The notes beneath the pieces are model-generated. The model was not told where the DNA came from. It did not search any database and saw nothing but the letters and a program-made list of their open reading frames with translations. Shown here one piece after another: positions 33,136 through 42,872 of a DNA stretch of 64,000 nucleotides. The position numbers and the translations under genes were made by a program. Each line of letters begins with the position of its first letter. Within the stretch, counting starts at the first letter, position 1. The stretch lies in the NCBI GenBank assembly GCA_965262915.1, contig OZ253564.1:2080001-2144000 (forward strand), read 5' to 3'. The DNA comes from Candidatus Spongiisociaceae bacterium (GTDB taxonomy: Bacteria > Actinomycetota > Acidimicrobiia > Spongiisociales > Spongiisociaceae).

Positions 33136-33735
33136 CTACAGGTTCGGGACGCGACGAGCGCTCTCCATCCAAGGTGTTCCCGGGATCAGGCTGATCACCT
33201 CGCAGTGACGCGGTTTGACCTCATGGAGCCGGTCGAGGGGCTGCCCCGTGAGCGACAGCCGGGCCGCCTGGAGGGGATCCTGGTGGGATACCACCACGAT
33301 CTCAGAACCGAGATGGTGACCGGATAGGGAGGAGATCGCTCCGCTCAGCCGGACGGCGAGGTCCTCGACCGATTCCGGTGCGAAGTCCATCGCCGGCGGG
33401 CGGGTCAGGTAGACGTCGAGTTCGCCCGGATAGTGAGCATCGAGGTCCGACCATCGCAATCCCCTCCACCGTCCCAACAGTGCCCACTCCGTCAGGTCGG
33501 GGACCGTCACCACCCCCGAGTCGTGGTGGGCGGCTATCACCGAAGCCGTTTCCATCGCCCGGTCGAGCGGAGAACTGTAGACCGCCTCGATGGGTCGGGG
33601 GGAGAGGTAGGTCCCCGCCCATCCGGCCTGGCGCCGGCCCCGCCGGCTGAGGTTGAAACCGGGCAGGTCGGCGTAGACGACTTGGTCAGGGTTCTCGACC
33701 TCGCCGTGTCGGACCAGATGCACCACAGAGGCCAT
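33136..33735 (-). CDS. Histidine phosphatase family protein
   Basis: LVRHGE, SSPLDRA.ETA, VVSH. Confidence 0.88.
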   Translation of the reverse strand: MASVVHLVRHGEVENPDQVVYADLPGFNLSRRGRRQAGWAGTYLSPRPIEAVYSSPLDRAMETASVIAAHHDSGVVTVPDLTEWALLGRWRGLRWSDLDAHYPGELDVYLTRPPAMDFAPESVEDLAVRLSGAISSLSGHHLGSEIVVVSHQDPLQAARLSLTGQPLDRLHEVKPRHCEVISLIPGTPWMESARRVPNL

Positions 33736-33799
33736 GGACATCGAGGGTAATAGCCGCTGGTCGGTCTGCGAAGCGGAGCTGTCGCTCGGCCGGCCGCGG

Positions 33800-33867
33800 G
33801 CGGTCTGTCTGTGAACGGCGTGGTGGCAAGCAGGGCACGGCAGGTTGTCCTGCGGACAGACCGCTAG
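33800..33867. mobile_element. MITE family 1, short internally deleted copy
   Basis: GCGGTCTGTCTGTGAA...GCAGGGCACGGCAGGTTGTCCTGCGGACAGACCG-CTAG. Confidence 0.6.
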
Positions 33868-33879
33868 GTTTGGCGGCAC

Positions 33880-35067
33880 ATGGCTGAGCCCCGTATCGCC
33901 GAGCCGATCCTGCATGTGGACATGGATGCGTTCTTCGTTGAGGTCGAGCGCCTCGACGATCCGGGCCTGCGCGGTCGCCCGGTCGTGGTGGGGGGCGAAG
34001 GCCGCCGTGGCGTGGTCGCCTCCGCTTCGTACGAGGCCAGGGCGTCGGGGGTTCACTCGGCCATGCCCATGAGCAGGGCCCGCCGGATGTGTCCGGGTCT
34101 GGTCGTCGTTGCTTCCCGCCACGAACGTTACCGGGAGGTTTCCGAGAGGGTCCTCTCGATCTTCGGCGACTTCACGCCGTTGGTCGAGGGATTGTCCATG
34201 GACGAGGCCTTCCTCGATGTCCGGGGCCTCCGCAGGCACTACCGAGATACCCGGGCGGTGGCGGAGGCCATCCGGGCTCGTATCAGGAACCACTTGAGGT
34301 TGCCGGCTTCGGTAGGGGCCGCCACTTCCCTCTACGTGGCGAAGATGGCCTCCGCCCGCGCCAAACCCGACGGGGTATTCATCGTCACGGCCGGCGCCGA
34401 GATGGCCTTTCTGCACGGTCTGGCCACCGAGGAGCTGTGGGGGGTCGGAAAGGCCACCAGGCGCCGGCTCTCCGATCTGGGGATCGAGACGGTGCGGGAT
34501 CTCGCCCGAGTTCCCGCATCGCTGCTACGCCAGCACCTGGGTGAGGCGGTGGGTAGGCACCTCCACCGCCTGGCGAACGGGATCGATGAGCGGATCGTCA
34601 CCCCTCACGGTTCAGCCAGATCTATATCGGTGGAGCAGACCTACGGGGATGACATCGCGGGGGAAGAAGTTCTGCGTGCCGAGTTGCTCCACCATTCCGA
34701 CCAGGTTGCCTGGCGGCTCAGGCGGGCGAGCCTGGCTGGACGTACGGTGTCGATCAAGCTCCGGTACCCCGATTTCACCACCTTTACCCGCTCCGAGACC
34801 CTGAAGGCCGGCACCGCCGTGACCCGGGATATCTACCAGGCGTGCTGTCGGCTGCTGGAGCGGGCTGGGGTAGGGGATCGTCCGGTCCGGCTTCTGGGTG
34901 TGGCCGTTAGCGGTTTGCAACCCGACGACGCGCCCCGGCAGTTGTTGATCGATCGGGAGGCGCGCTGGGAGGACCTGGCGGAAGCGGTCGATGGCGTGAG
35001 GGCCAGGTTCGGTCGGAGGGCGGTGGAACCCGCCCGGCTCCGGACCCCCAAGTCCGCCGGTGGTTGA
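33880..35067 (+). CDS. dinB: DNA polymerase IV
   Basis: HVDMDAFF, SYEAR, SMDEAF, KPDG. Confidence 0.94.
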   Translation: MAEPRIAEPILHVDMDAFFVEVERLDDPGLRGRPVVVGGEGRRGVVASASYEARASGVHSAMPMSRARRMCPGLVVVASRHERYREVSERVLSIFGDFTPLVEGLSMDEAFLDVRGLRRHYRDTRAVAEAIRARIRNHLRLPASVGAATSLYVAKMASARAKPDGVFIVTAGAEMAFLHGLATEELWGVGKATRRRLSDLGIETVRDLARVPASLLRQHLGEAVGRHLHRLANGIDERIVTPHGSARSISVEQTYGDDIAGEEVLRAELLHHSDQVAWRLRRASLAGRTVSIKLRYPDFTTFTRSETLKAGTAVTRDIYQACCRLLERAGVGDRPVRLLGVAVSGLQPDDAPRQLLIDREARWEDLAEAVDGVRARFGRRAVEPARLRTPKSAGG

Positions 35068-35126
35068 CGGTTGACCTCTCGGCCCAGGCCACCGGCCGCT
35101 TTCGATGCTGTCTACGCTTAGTCGTG

Positions 35127-35229
35127 GAAGGGCGCCGAAAAACGCGTAAGTGGTTGGCCCGTCGTCCGCTGATGGGGCGTTCTGTCATCGACCGTCGGGC
35201 CGTTGGGGGTTTCCCCACCACCCCCCTAG
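35127..35229. mobile_element. MITE family 2 copy
   Basis: 22-bp TGGTTGGCCCGTCGTCCGCTGA identical to the reverse complement of the ileS-upstream copy; ends ACCACCCCC-CTAG. Confidence 0.72.
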
Positions 35230-35283
35230 CCGGTAGGGCGACGTATACTATGGGCGGGCGCACACAAAGTTGGAGCGGCTTCT

Positions 35284-35649
35284 ATGCCATTGAATGAGCG
35301 GGAGCAGCAGATCCTTGAGGAGATCGAGAGGCAGTTCCGCGTCGAGGATCCGGAGTTCACGCGCAAGACATCATCATCCCTTTCTCGTCTCGACCAGCGG
35401 AACCCCCGCGTCCCCGTAGCCGGGGCGGCGGTCGGGATGCTGTTGCTCGCCACTTACTGGGTCGGTACGGTGTGGCCCTCGGTCCCGACGGCGCTGACGG
35501 TTGTGTTGGCGCTGGCTGGGTTCGGCCTCATGGTCCTCTCGGTGAGTGCGCTGGTTCAGGCACGGCGTGGTTCCAGCCAGGATTCGGGCGGTGCTTCCGG
35601 GGATTTCTTGTCGAGCGCGAGAAACTCCCGCTGGCCGTTCCGTCGCTGA
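35284..35649 (+). CDS. DUF3040-like membrane protein
   Basis: MPLNEREQQILEEIER..DPEF plus 2 TM segments; typical near mraZ in Actinobacteria. Confidence 0.82.
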   Translation: MPLNEREQQILEEIERQFRVEDPEFTRKTSSSLSRLDQRNPRVPVAGAAVGMLLLATYWVGTVWPSVPTALTVVLALAGFGLMVLSVSALVQARRGSSQDSGGASGDFLSSARNSRWPFRR

Positions 35650-35816
35650 GGGCTCGCCTCCGGTAGGATTACGCCGACTCTGAGGCGGAGGGCTCAACCA
35701 TAACGTTCGGTCCTCCCCACGCGGTTGCATGCAACCGTCCGGCGCGGGAGTGCACAACGGCACGAAGAACAAACCGGGGTGCTCCGGCGTACCCCACTGG
35801 TCCGAGGGAGACAGTC

Positions 35817-36308
35817 TTGCAAGAAGGATTCACCGCCGACCAGGCATCCCGGCTGACGGGATGCACCCAGTCCCAACTCCGATACTGGGACAAAGTTCGA
35901 CTGGTCCAGCCATCGATACAGCGAACGGGAGGTCGTGCCGGCGTCCGACGAATCTATTCATTCCGGGATCTGGTGATACTTCGAGTTGTGAGGAGCCTGA
36001 AGGACAACGGAATGTCACTGCAGCGGATCCGGCGTGCATGGAATTACCTGCGCCGCAACGGCGTAGACCCCCGTGGGGTGAAGCTGGTGACCGACGGGGT
36101 TTCAATCTTCCGGATCGCGCACGACGATGACGAATTACTCGATGCGCTCCGTGAAGGTCAGTTGGCGTTCTTCGTGGCGTTGGACGAGATCACCCAGAGC
36201 GTCGAGGAGGATGTCAGCCTGTTCGAATTGGATCGTGACCGGTTCCTTACCTTCCTGCGCGGGAGCCGGGAGGACGTTCGGCGCCGAGTCGAGGGTGGCA
36301 CGGGTTAG
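35817..36308 (+). CDS. MerR-family HTH regulator
   Basis: QLRYWD..LVQPS, R.YSFRDL, G.SLQRIR. Confidence 0.85.
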   Translation: MQEGFTADQASRLTGCTQSQLRYWDKVRLVQPSIQRTGGRAGVRRIYSFRDLVILRVVRSLKDNGMSLQRIRRAWNYLRRNGVDPRGVKLVTDGVSIFRIAHDDDELLDALREGQLAFFVALDEITQSVEEDVSLFELDRDRFLTFLRGSREDVRRRVEGGTG

Positions 36309-36378
36309 CCGGTGGTCCGTCTGTAAACCAACTTGCCGTGCCCTGCAGCCGCGACGCTATTTCACAAGTAGACCGTCG
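36309..36378. mobile_element. MITE family 1, short inverted copy
   Basis: CCGGTGGTCCGTCTGTAAACCAACTTGCCGTGCCCTGCAGCC matches the reverse complement of 29098-29148. Confidence 0.65.
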
Positions 36379-36432
36379 CTGGTTGGTGGCTGACGGGAGG
36401 GGGAGCAACTCGGTGGTCGTTGAAGGGCTTTG

Positions 36433-36681
36433 ATGGGTGCCTTGGGGAAGGTGTTCCTGGGGGTGGTGGTTCGCCATCCGTCCTTGGCGCCCGAAGCGGT
36501 GCGCTTGGCGCTCGCGACCAGCGCGCCCGGCTGGCTGGGCAAGTTCCCGTTTCTTCCCCGCCCGGAGCCGGTCTACCGGGATTGGCGGTTGGTAACCGCC
36601 TACGGGCGCAGGGACTGCCTCCCGTCGCCGACCGAGATGGAGGAGTTCCTCCGCTGGCGGCGCAGCATGAGAAGGTTGTAG
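36433..36681 (+). CDS. Hypothetical protein
   Basis: Plausible small ORF (PFLPRP...WRLVTAYG) preceded by an AAGGG RBS-like sequence. Confidence 0.65.
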   Translation: MGALGKVFLGVVVRHPSLAPEAVRLALATSAPGWLGKFPFLPRPEPVYRDWRLVTAYGRRDCLPSPTEMEEFLRWRRSMRRL

Positions 36682-36717
36682 CGATCAGGTCCACCCGAAA
36701 ACCCACCCGGCCACCGA

Positions 36718-37290
36718 TCAATATGGCTCGTTGCCGGGCCTCCACTTTATCGAGCACCCCATGGAGGGATACTGGTCCTCGGGGACCGGCCGATCACCCA
36801 GGACGGCTTCGACGGCGGCCCTCAAGTCCTTGCCGGTGACGGGTACTCCCGAGTTGGGCCGGGAGCTGTCGAATCTTCCCCGGTACGCGAGGGTCCGGTT
36901 CGGGCCGAACAGGAAGAAGTCCGGAGTGCATGCCGCCGTGTAAGCCTTGGCCACTTCCTGGGTTTCGTCGTAAAGAACCGGAAACCCGTAACCGCGCTCG
37001 CGAGCCACGGCGCCGAGCCGGTCGGGAGCGTCGTCGGGATAGGTTTCGGCGTCGTTGGCGCTGATGCTGACGATGTGCACGTCCGATCCTGCGTAATCGT
37101 TACCCAAATCGACCAGGCCTTGCTGGATATGAACCACATAGGGACAGTGATTGCACAGGAACACGACTACCAGTGCCTTCCGGTCCGCCAGATCGGCGAG
37201 GCGGACGCGATCTCCGCCTACCGTATCGGCCAGGTCGAAGTCGGGAGCGGGAGTCCCGAGTGCCAGCATCGTGGACTTTTCAGCAGACAT
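36718..37290 (-). CDS. Thioredoxin-fold AhpC/TSA family protein
   Basis: APDF.L, CNHCPYV, CTPDFF, GCSIKW. Confidence 0.9.
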   Translation of the reverse strand: MSAEKSTMLALGTPAPDFDLADTVGGDRVRLADLADRKALVVVFLCNHCPYVVHIQQGLVDLGNDYAGSDVHIVSISANDAETYPDDAPDRLGAVARERGYGFPVLYDETQEVAKAYTAACTPDFFLFGPNRTLAYRGRFDSSRPNSGVPVTGKDLRAAVEAVLGDRPVPEDQYPSMGCSIKWRPGNEPY

Positions 37291-37335
37291 TGTCGAACTC
37301 CGGGTCGGGGACAGATCCGGGAGAAGCGTAGCGTC

Positions 37336-37501
37336 GTTGTCGGTTGTCGGTTGTCGGTTGTCGGTTGTCGGTTGTCGGTTGTCGGTTGTCGGTTGTCCGT
37401 TGTCCGTTGTCCGTTGTCCGTTGTGACTCTTACGGGTATTCGGCTATGAGGTGACTCTTGCTAGCGAGGGCTAGGTGGGGTAGCCGTTGCCTGACACCTG
37501 A
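37336..37501. repeat. Heptamer-flanked element copy C: (GTTGTCG)x8 (GTTGTCC)x4, core, CCTGACACCTGA
   Basis: Tandem array read directly; core aligns to copies A and B. Confidence 0.88.
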
Positions 37502-37503
37502 TC

Positions 37504-38010
37504 TCAGGCCGGCTCGGCCAGGAGGTAGGGATCCCATCGCGGGTCGCGTGACTTGCCCAGGGCCGCGTACAACCATCCCTGGTAGCTCGGGGTGGCGGGA
37601 GTTCTCTTCAGCTTGAGCCCGGCCTGGTCGGGAAGCCGGCTCCCTTTGCGGATGTTGCATCGACGGCAGCACGCCACCACGTTCTCCCAGGTGTGCTTGC
37701 CTCCGTGAGCCTTCGGCACGACATGGTCCAGGCTCTCGGCCGGTGCCCGGCAGTACTGGCATCGGTGGCTATCGCGGGCGAACACCGCGGTGCGGGTCAG
37801 GGGGACCCGCCGGTGGTAGGGAACCTTGACGTAATCGCGGAGCCGCACCACCGAAGGCACCTCGAAGGTATGTTCGGCGCTGTGCCAGATTTGGTCGGCC
37901 GTCGCCACCGTGTCCGCCTTGGCGCGCAGAACCAGGACCACCGCCCGGCGGGCGCTCACGATGGATAGGGGCTCGTAAGTTGCGTTGAGAACCAATGCTC
38001 GTTCGGTCAA
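37504..38010 (-). CDS. HNH endonuclease
   Basis: ALVLNATYEPL, RD..RCQYC, DHVVP, WENVVACC..CN..K. TTG start is approximate. Confidence 0.88.
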   Translation of the reverse strand: MTERALVLNATYEPLSIVSARRAVVLVLRAKADTVATADQIWHSAEHTFEVPSVVRLRDYVKVPYHRRVPLTRTAVFARDSHRCQYCRAPAESLDHVVPKAHGGKHTWENVVACCRRCNIRKGSRLPDQAGLKLKRTPATPSYQGWLYAALGKSRDPRWDPYLLAEPA

Positions 38011-38155
38011 ACCGATGCTTCTCCGGTGCTGGGTGGCTACCGATCGGGTAGACGATAACAAGCCTCCTGGATGATCCGACCCTCTCCCGGTCGCCGGCTT
38101 CACCTGCGGCGAGGGAGTCGTGAGGGTGCCTGCTCTGTCGCCGCGCGCTCCCGGC

Positions 38156-38596
38156 TCAGCTGCAACCGGAGCAGAGGCCTCCGATCTCGAGGGTGTGACC
38201 GGTGGCGGTGAAGTCCCGCAGACGGGTCGCTCCAGATACCAGAGTGTTGAGGATGGCCTCCGAATCCTCCGAGAGTTCGATGTCGTCGACCGTGCCGCAG
38301 ATGTCGCATACGAGATGGTGGTGGTGACCCATCAGCCACTCGGCGAGCTCGTAGCGCGTGACGCCACCGCCCCCGTGGTGGGGCGCCAGTACGCCGACGC
38401 CGGTCAGGACGGCAAGGGAACGGTACAGTGACGAGAGCGGAACCGCCCGGTCGAGTTGCCTGTGTATGTCCGACGCCGATCGTGGGCCATCCGACCTGGC
38501 CAGAGCTTGTATCACGTACCGTCGTCCCTTCGTGTACCGGATGTCGGACTCGGTAAGGCGCGATACGATCTGCTGCTCTATCTGTGGACTGACCAT
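38156..38596 (-). CDS. Fur/Zur-family regulator
   Basis: SLYRSL, HHHHLVCDICG, GLCSGC. Confidence 0.9.
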   Translation of the reverse strand: MVSPQIEQQIVSRLTESDIRYTKGRRYVIQALARSDGPRSASDIHRQLDRAVPLSSLYRSLAVLTGVGVLAPHHGGGGVTRYELAEWLMGHHHHLVCDICGTVDDIELSEDSEAILNTLVSGATRLRDFTATGHTLEIGGLCSGCS

Positions 38597-38845
38597 GCTT
38601 CTCCCGTTCGTCCTCTTGGTCGGGAATGGCTCGATCGGGAAGGCGCGAACTGCCTCGAGATGGATCGAGTCTCAATAGGTGTTCCCATTGTAGCCGCCGA
38701 ATCGGGAAACCCTGTGCGATGTGACCGCCCTGGCCGGTAGCTGATTCTCCACTACCGGATTGCCACATCTCTCCACCGCTGTCCGTCCGGGTGCCGGCCG
38801 CCAAGCACGGAATCAAACCAGGTTACCCCGCTTGTCCTGCCCGCT

Positions 38846-38910
38846 GGGGTAGGAAAGTTCTGGTAAAGTGGTAGAAAGTGGTATGAAATGGCATAGAATG
38901 GGTGTAGAAT
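38846..38910 (+). promoter_or_regulatory. MraZ-type operator repeats and putative -10 TAGAAT (38905-38910)
   Basis: AAAGTGG-like units with about 10-bp spacing upstream of mraZ. Confidence 0.7.
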
Positions 38911-38961
38911 CAGCCTGACCCCACTGCGCCCACCCGGGCGGACGGCAAGAAACGAGACCAG

Positions 38962-39393
38962 GTGTTCCTCAGCCAGTACAGGCACACGGTTGATAAGAAA
39001 GGGCGGGTAGTACTCCCTGCCCGATTCCGGGACAAGTTGATGAAGGGTTGTGTCATCACGAAGGGACAGGAACGTTGCCTCTACGTATTCCCGCTGGACA
39101 GGTGGGAACAAGAGGTGGAGAAATACCGGATGCTGCCCCGGACAGACGCACGTGCCCGCCGCCTCACGAGGGCGTTCTTCGCCGGAGCCATCCACCAGGA
39201 GATGGATGCAGCCGGCCGGGTGCAGATCCCCGTGCGGTTACGGGAGTACGCCGGCCTCATGAGAGAGGTAACGGTTATCGGCGTCGAGGAACGCGCCGAG
39301 ATATGGGACTCGGCTTCCTGGGACCGCTACGACGAGGAGGCTGACAACTACTACTCGAATATCGAGGAGGCACTTTCGGAATTCGGTATCTGA
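38962..39393 (+). CDS. mraZ: Transcriptional regulator MraZ
   Basis: DKKGR and DAAGR motifs. Confidence 0.95.
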   Translation: MFLSQYRHTVDKKGRVVLPARFRDKLMKGCVITKGQERCLYVFPLDRWEQEVEKYRMLPRTDARARRLTRAFFAGAIHQEMDAAGRVQIPVRLREYAGLMREVTVIGVEERAEIWDSASWDRYDEEADNYYSNIEEALSEFGI

Positions 39394-39507
39394 CAACACC
39401 GCCCGGGCCGGATCGATGACCTGCTCATCGCCAGCCCTCCGGACACCAATGGACTGCCCTTACTCCGCCCGCATTCTACTTGGTACCCAACAACCGGGGG
39501 GCTGGCA

Positions 39508-40446
39508 ATGAGCCAGGTAATCGATACTGAATATACCGCGTACGGTCATCCTTATCACCGGCCCGTGATGGTCGAGGAAGTAGTGGACCTCTTCCGGCCG
39601 CTGACCGATGGCGTGATCATCGACGCCACCTATGGCGGAGGTGGTCATACCAAAGCCCTGCTCGACCGGCTGGGAGGTGGCATATCCATCCTGGGGATCG
39701 ACCGGGATCCGGAGGCGATCGACCGGGCCCCGGATCGCGATCGGTTGGTTCTGGTTGCCGGGAACTTCCGCGAGCTGGACACGATCATCGAGATGCACGG
39801 GATCGAAGAGATCGCCGGTGTGCTGTTCGACCTCGGTGTGTCCGGTCGCCAGCTGGATGAAGCTCGGCGGGGGTTCTCCTATCGTCAGGACGGGCCGCTC
39901 GACATGCGTATGGGCCCCGATGCCGCCGTTTCCGCCGACGAAGTGGTCAACGGGACGCCGGTCCCGGAACTGACCCGCCTCATCCGGACCCTCGGTGAGG
40001 AGCGGTTTGCCCATCGTGTAGCCCGGGCCATAGCCGCCGCTCGCCCGATCACCACCACCCGGCATCTCGCCTCAGTGGTGAAGGATGCCATCCCGGCGGC
40101 GACGCGCCGCTCGGGGGGTCACCCGGCCCGGCGCACATTCCAGGCCGTGAGGATGGCGGTCAACGACGAGTTGGGAGCGCTGTCATCGGGGCTCGATCGT
40201 GGGATCCGGGTACTGCGTCCCGGTGGCCGGTGTGTGGCCATCGCGTACCACTCTCTCGAGGACCGGGTCGTCAAGCAGAGGTTCCGCCATGGCGAAGGTC
40301 GCACACCCGGTCCTACCCTTCCCGTCCCGCCGCCCATTGAGTTGGTCGTGCTGACCCGGAAGCCCGTACGTCCCCGCCCCGAGGAGGTGGTCGGTAACCG
40401 GAGGGCGCGGAGCTCCCGCCTGCGCGCCGCGGAGAAGGCGGCATGA
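39508..40446 (+). CDS. rsmH: 16S rRNA m4C1402 methyltransferase
   Basis: HRPVM, DAT.GGGGH, DLGVS, PLDMRM, YHSLEDR. Confidence 0.96.
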   Translation: MSQVIDTEYTAYGHPYHRPVMVEEVVDLFRPLTDGVIIDATYGGGGHTKALLDRLGGGISILGIDRDPEAIDRAPDRDRLVLVAGNFRELDTIIEMHGIEEIAGVLFDLGVSGRQLDEARRGFSYRQDGPLDMRMGPDAAVSADEVVNGTPVPELTRLIRTLGEERFAHRVARAIAAARPITTTRHLASVVKDAIPAATRRSGGHPARRTFQAVRMAVNDELGALSSGLDRGIRVLRPGGRCVAIAYHSLEDRVVKQRFRHGEGRTPGPTLPVPPPIELVVLTRKPVRPRPEEVVGNRRARSSRLRAAEKAA

Positions 40447-40895
40447 CGGTCCGATCCCTACCCGACACGGTTGCCACTCCGGCGAGGCTCCGGGTCATTA
40501 CGGGGCATGCGCGATCCCTGTCCCGTGCGCTGGTGTGGTCCTTCTATACGGTGGCCACGGTGGTTGCGTTTCTCACGTTGATCTTCCTTCGTACTGCCGT
40601 CGATGAGTCGGTGTTCGAGATTCGGGAGTTGGAGGGGCGGATAGAGGTCGAGTTGGCGCGACAGCACCGACTCCACCTCCAGAAGATCCGCCTTGAGTCC
40701 CCCGGAGAGATCGTTCCGATCGCCGAGAACATGTTGGGCATGGTGCTGCCGGAAGATGTGATACCGGTCACGGTGGGGGTGCAGGCCGGCGGAGATGCCA
40801 ATGGCGCCGGCTCAACCACCGGAGCCCGTGCTGGCGCGTTACCCGAACCGCCGAGCGTCCCGAGTGCCGGCGACCCGGTCACCTCGAACAAATAG
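40443..40895 (+). CDS. ftsL: FtsL-like cell division protein
   Basis: Position after rsmH; TM segment, coiled coil, A..LGMV.P. Confidence 0.7.
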   Translation: MTVRSLPDTVATPARLRVITGHARSLSRALVWSFYTVATVVAFLTLIFLRTAVDESVFEIRELEGRIEVELARQHRLHLQKIRLESPGEIVPIAENMLGMVLPEDVIPVTVGVQAGGDANGAGSTTGARAGALPEPPSVPSAGDPVTSNK

Positions 40896-41117
40896 CGATG
40901 GGCTGAGAGTATGTCGAAGGGGCGCGAAGCGGGCATGGGGACGCAAGACCGTCCTGGTCGTTCCGGTCGACGGGGCGTTTGTTCTGCTGGAGGCGACACG
41001 GGCCTCGGCCGATCTTCCTACCCGGGTTGTCGCCGGCACAGGGTCGCTTCATGTCCTCGGTACGGATCGGGTGGGTGCCCGACGGCATCCGGCTGCTGTT
41101 CACCGGAGGCGTAGCCT

Positions 41118-42872
41118 ATGGAGAGGAAAAGGACCGGGCGGTTTGTCACGCGCTCCACCGACATCCGTCTTCTGACGATCGCCCTGTTCTTCGTGGCGGC
41201 TTGGGCGACCATCGGCTACCAGCTCTACAAGGTCCAAGTGGTGGATGCGGCAGAGTACACGGCTGCCGCGGAGAGGCAGCGGGTCCGGGTCGAAGAGACC
41301 GCGGCAGCCCGGGGGACGATCTACGACCGCCAGGGTCGGGAACTGGCCATCAGCATCGAGTCACACTCGATCTATGCCAACCCCAAACAGGTGGTCGACC
41401 CGGGTTCCACCGCACTGATACTGAGCAGCCTGCTCGAGTTGGACATCGGCCGGTTGCGGGAGAAGCTCACCTCCGGCGGCACGTTCGTGTTCCTGGCCCG
41501 CCAGGTCGAGCCGGAGCAAGCCGGCGAGGTGGAGGCACTGGACCTTCCCGGTATCCACTTCCTGAAGGAGCCCAAGCGTGTGTACCCTTCCGGTGCCCTA
41601 GCCGCCCATGCGGTGGGCTTCGTCAACATTGACTCGAAAGGCATCGAAGGACTGGAAGCCCAGTACGACGACCTGCTCACCGGCACCCCCGGGCGTGTCC
41701 TGGCCGAGCGGGCGGCAGGCGGCCAGGTGATCCCGCACGGTCGCCACGAGGTACAGCCCGCCGTCCCCGGGGCTGATCTCATAGTATCGATCGATCGCGA
41801 GATCCAGTTCATGGCCCATCGGGCATGTGTGGACACGCTGCTGCGGGCGGATGCCCAGAGATGTACCGTCGTGGCGCTGGATCCGGCGACCTTCGAGATC
41901 CTGGCCATGGCGGTCGTTCCATCGTTCGACCCGTCCCACCGCTCCGATCTGGACATCTCCAGCGGGATACTCACCAACACCGCGGTTCGCTCTCTATACG
42001 AGCCGGGCTCCACCCAGAAAGCCGTCACCGTGTCGGCTGCCCTCGAGGAGGGTGTGGTCGAATGGGATACCCAGTACCTGGTTCAGGACCAGATCGAGGT
42101 GGTGGACGGCGCCTGCGACGACGGGGTGGAGGAGGTCTTCGGGTGCTTCAGCGACTTCAGCCCGCACCCGCCCGAGGTGATGACCGTGAAGGACTGCGTG
42201 CGGTTCTCCTCCAACGTGTGCACGGTAAAGATCGGACAGGATCTGGGGAAGGATGATCTGGCCGTTTACCTGGACGCCTTTGGATACGGGCGGCCCACCG
42301 GTATCGATTACCCGGGAGAAGCCCGGGGAACGGTCAACCTCCCCAAAGGATGCCCCACATGTCCGGCTTCTGCTTCGATCGGCTATTCCCTCTCGGTGTC
42401 TCCGCTACAGATGGCAACGGTGTATGCCACCATCGCCAACGGCGGTGTGCTGATGGAGCCTCGGCTGGTCACCGGGGTCGTGGATGGCAGCGGATTGAAT
42501 CGTCAGCCGCCGACGCCGTCGAAACGGATTCTCTCCGAGGCCACGGCCCGGCAGGTCCGCCTGATGCTGAAGACCGTGGTGGACGGTGGGACCGGGGCGC
42601 GGGCTGCTGTCCCCGGCTACACGGTGGGTGGAAAAACCGGCACCACCCGCAAGTTCGACGACAGCCTGGGGATCTATACGGATGATTACGTAGCCAGTTT
42701 CGTCGGGATGGCGCCCGTCGGCAACCCGCGCCTCGTCATAGCGGTCGTGGTGGACTCGCCCCGGGTAGGTGAGACGGTCTTCGACCGTACGGGTGGCGTG
42801 GTCGCCGCGCCCCTGTTCGCCGAGATCATGGAGGGGTCACTCCACCAGATGGGGGTCAGGCCAGATGTTTGA
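41118..42872 (+). CDS. ftsI: Class B penicillin-binding protein
   Basis: RGTIYDR, EPGSTQK, SSN, KTGT. Confidence 0.92.
   Translation: MERKRTGRFVTRSTDIRLLTIALFFVAAWATIGYQLYKVQVVDAAEYTAAAERQRVRVEETAAARGTIYDRQGRELAISIESHSIYANPKQVVDPGSTALILSSLLELDIGRLREKLTSGGTFVFLARQVEPEQAGEVEALDLPGIHFLKEPKRVYPSGALAAHAVGFVNIDSKGIEGLEAQYDDLLTGTPGRVLAERAAGGQVIPHGRHEVQPAVPGADLIVSIDREIQFMAHRACVDTLLRADAQRCTVVALDPATFEILAMAVVPSFDPSHRSDLDISSGILTNTAVRSLYEPGSTQKAVTVSAALEEGVVEWDTQYLVQDQIEVVDGACDDGVEEVFGCFSDFSPHPPEVMTVKDCVRFSSNVCTVKIGQDLGKDDLAVYLDAFGYGRPTGIDYPGEARGTVNLPKGCPTCPASASIGYSLSVSPLQMATVYATIANGGVLMEPRLVTGVVDGSGLNRQPPTPSKRILSEATARQVRLMLKTVVDGGTGARAAVPGYTVGGKTGTTRKFDDSLGIYTDDYVASFVGMAPVGNPRLVIAVVVDSPRVGETVFDRTGGVVAAPLFAEIMEGSLHQMGVRPDV

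Noticed and set aside
37151-37449. ORFs with VVGCRLS repeats
   Set aside because: Translations of the (GTTGTCG)n heptamer array, antisense to a real gene.
37504-38010. HNH nuclease as a defence system or as mobiliser of the adjacent repeat
   Set aside because: It looks like the widespread stand-alone actinobacterial HNH; no partner genes, and the other two repeat copies have no nuclease beside them.
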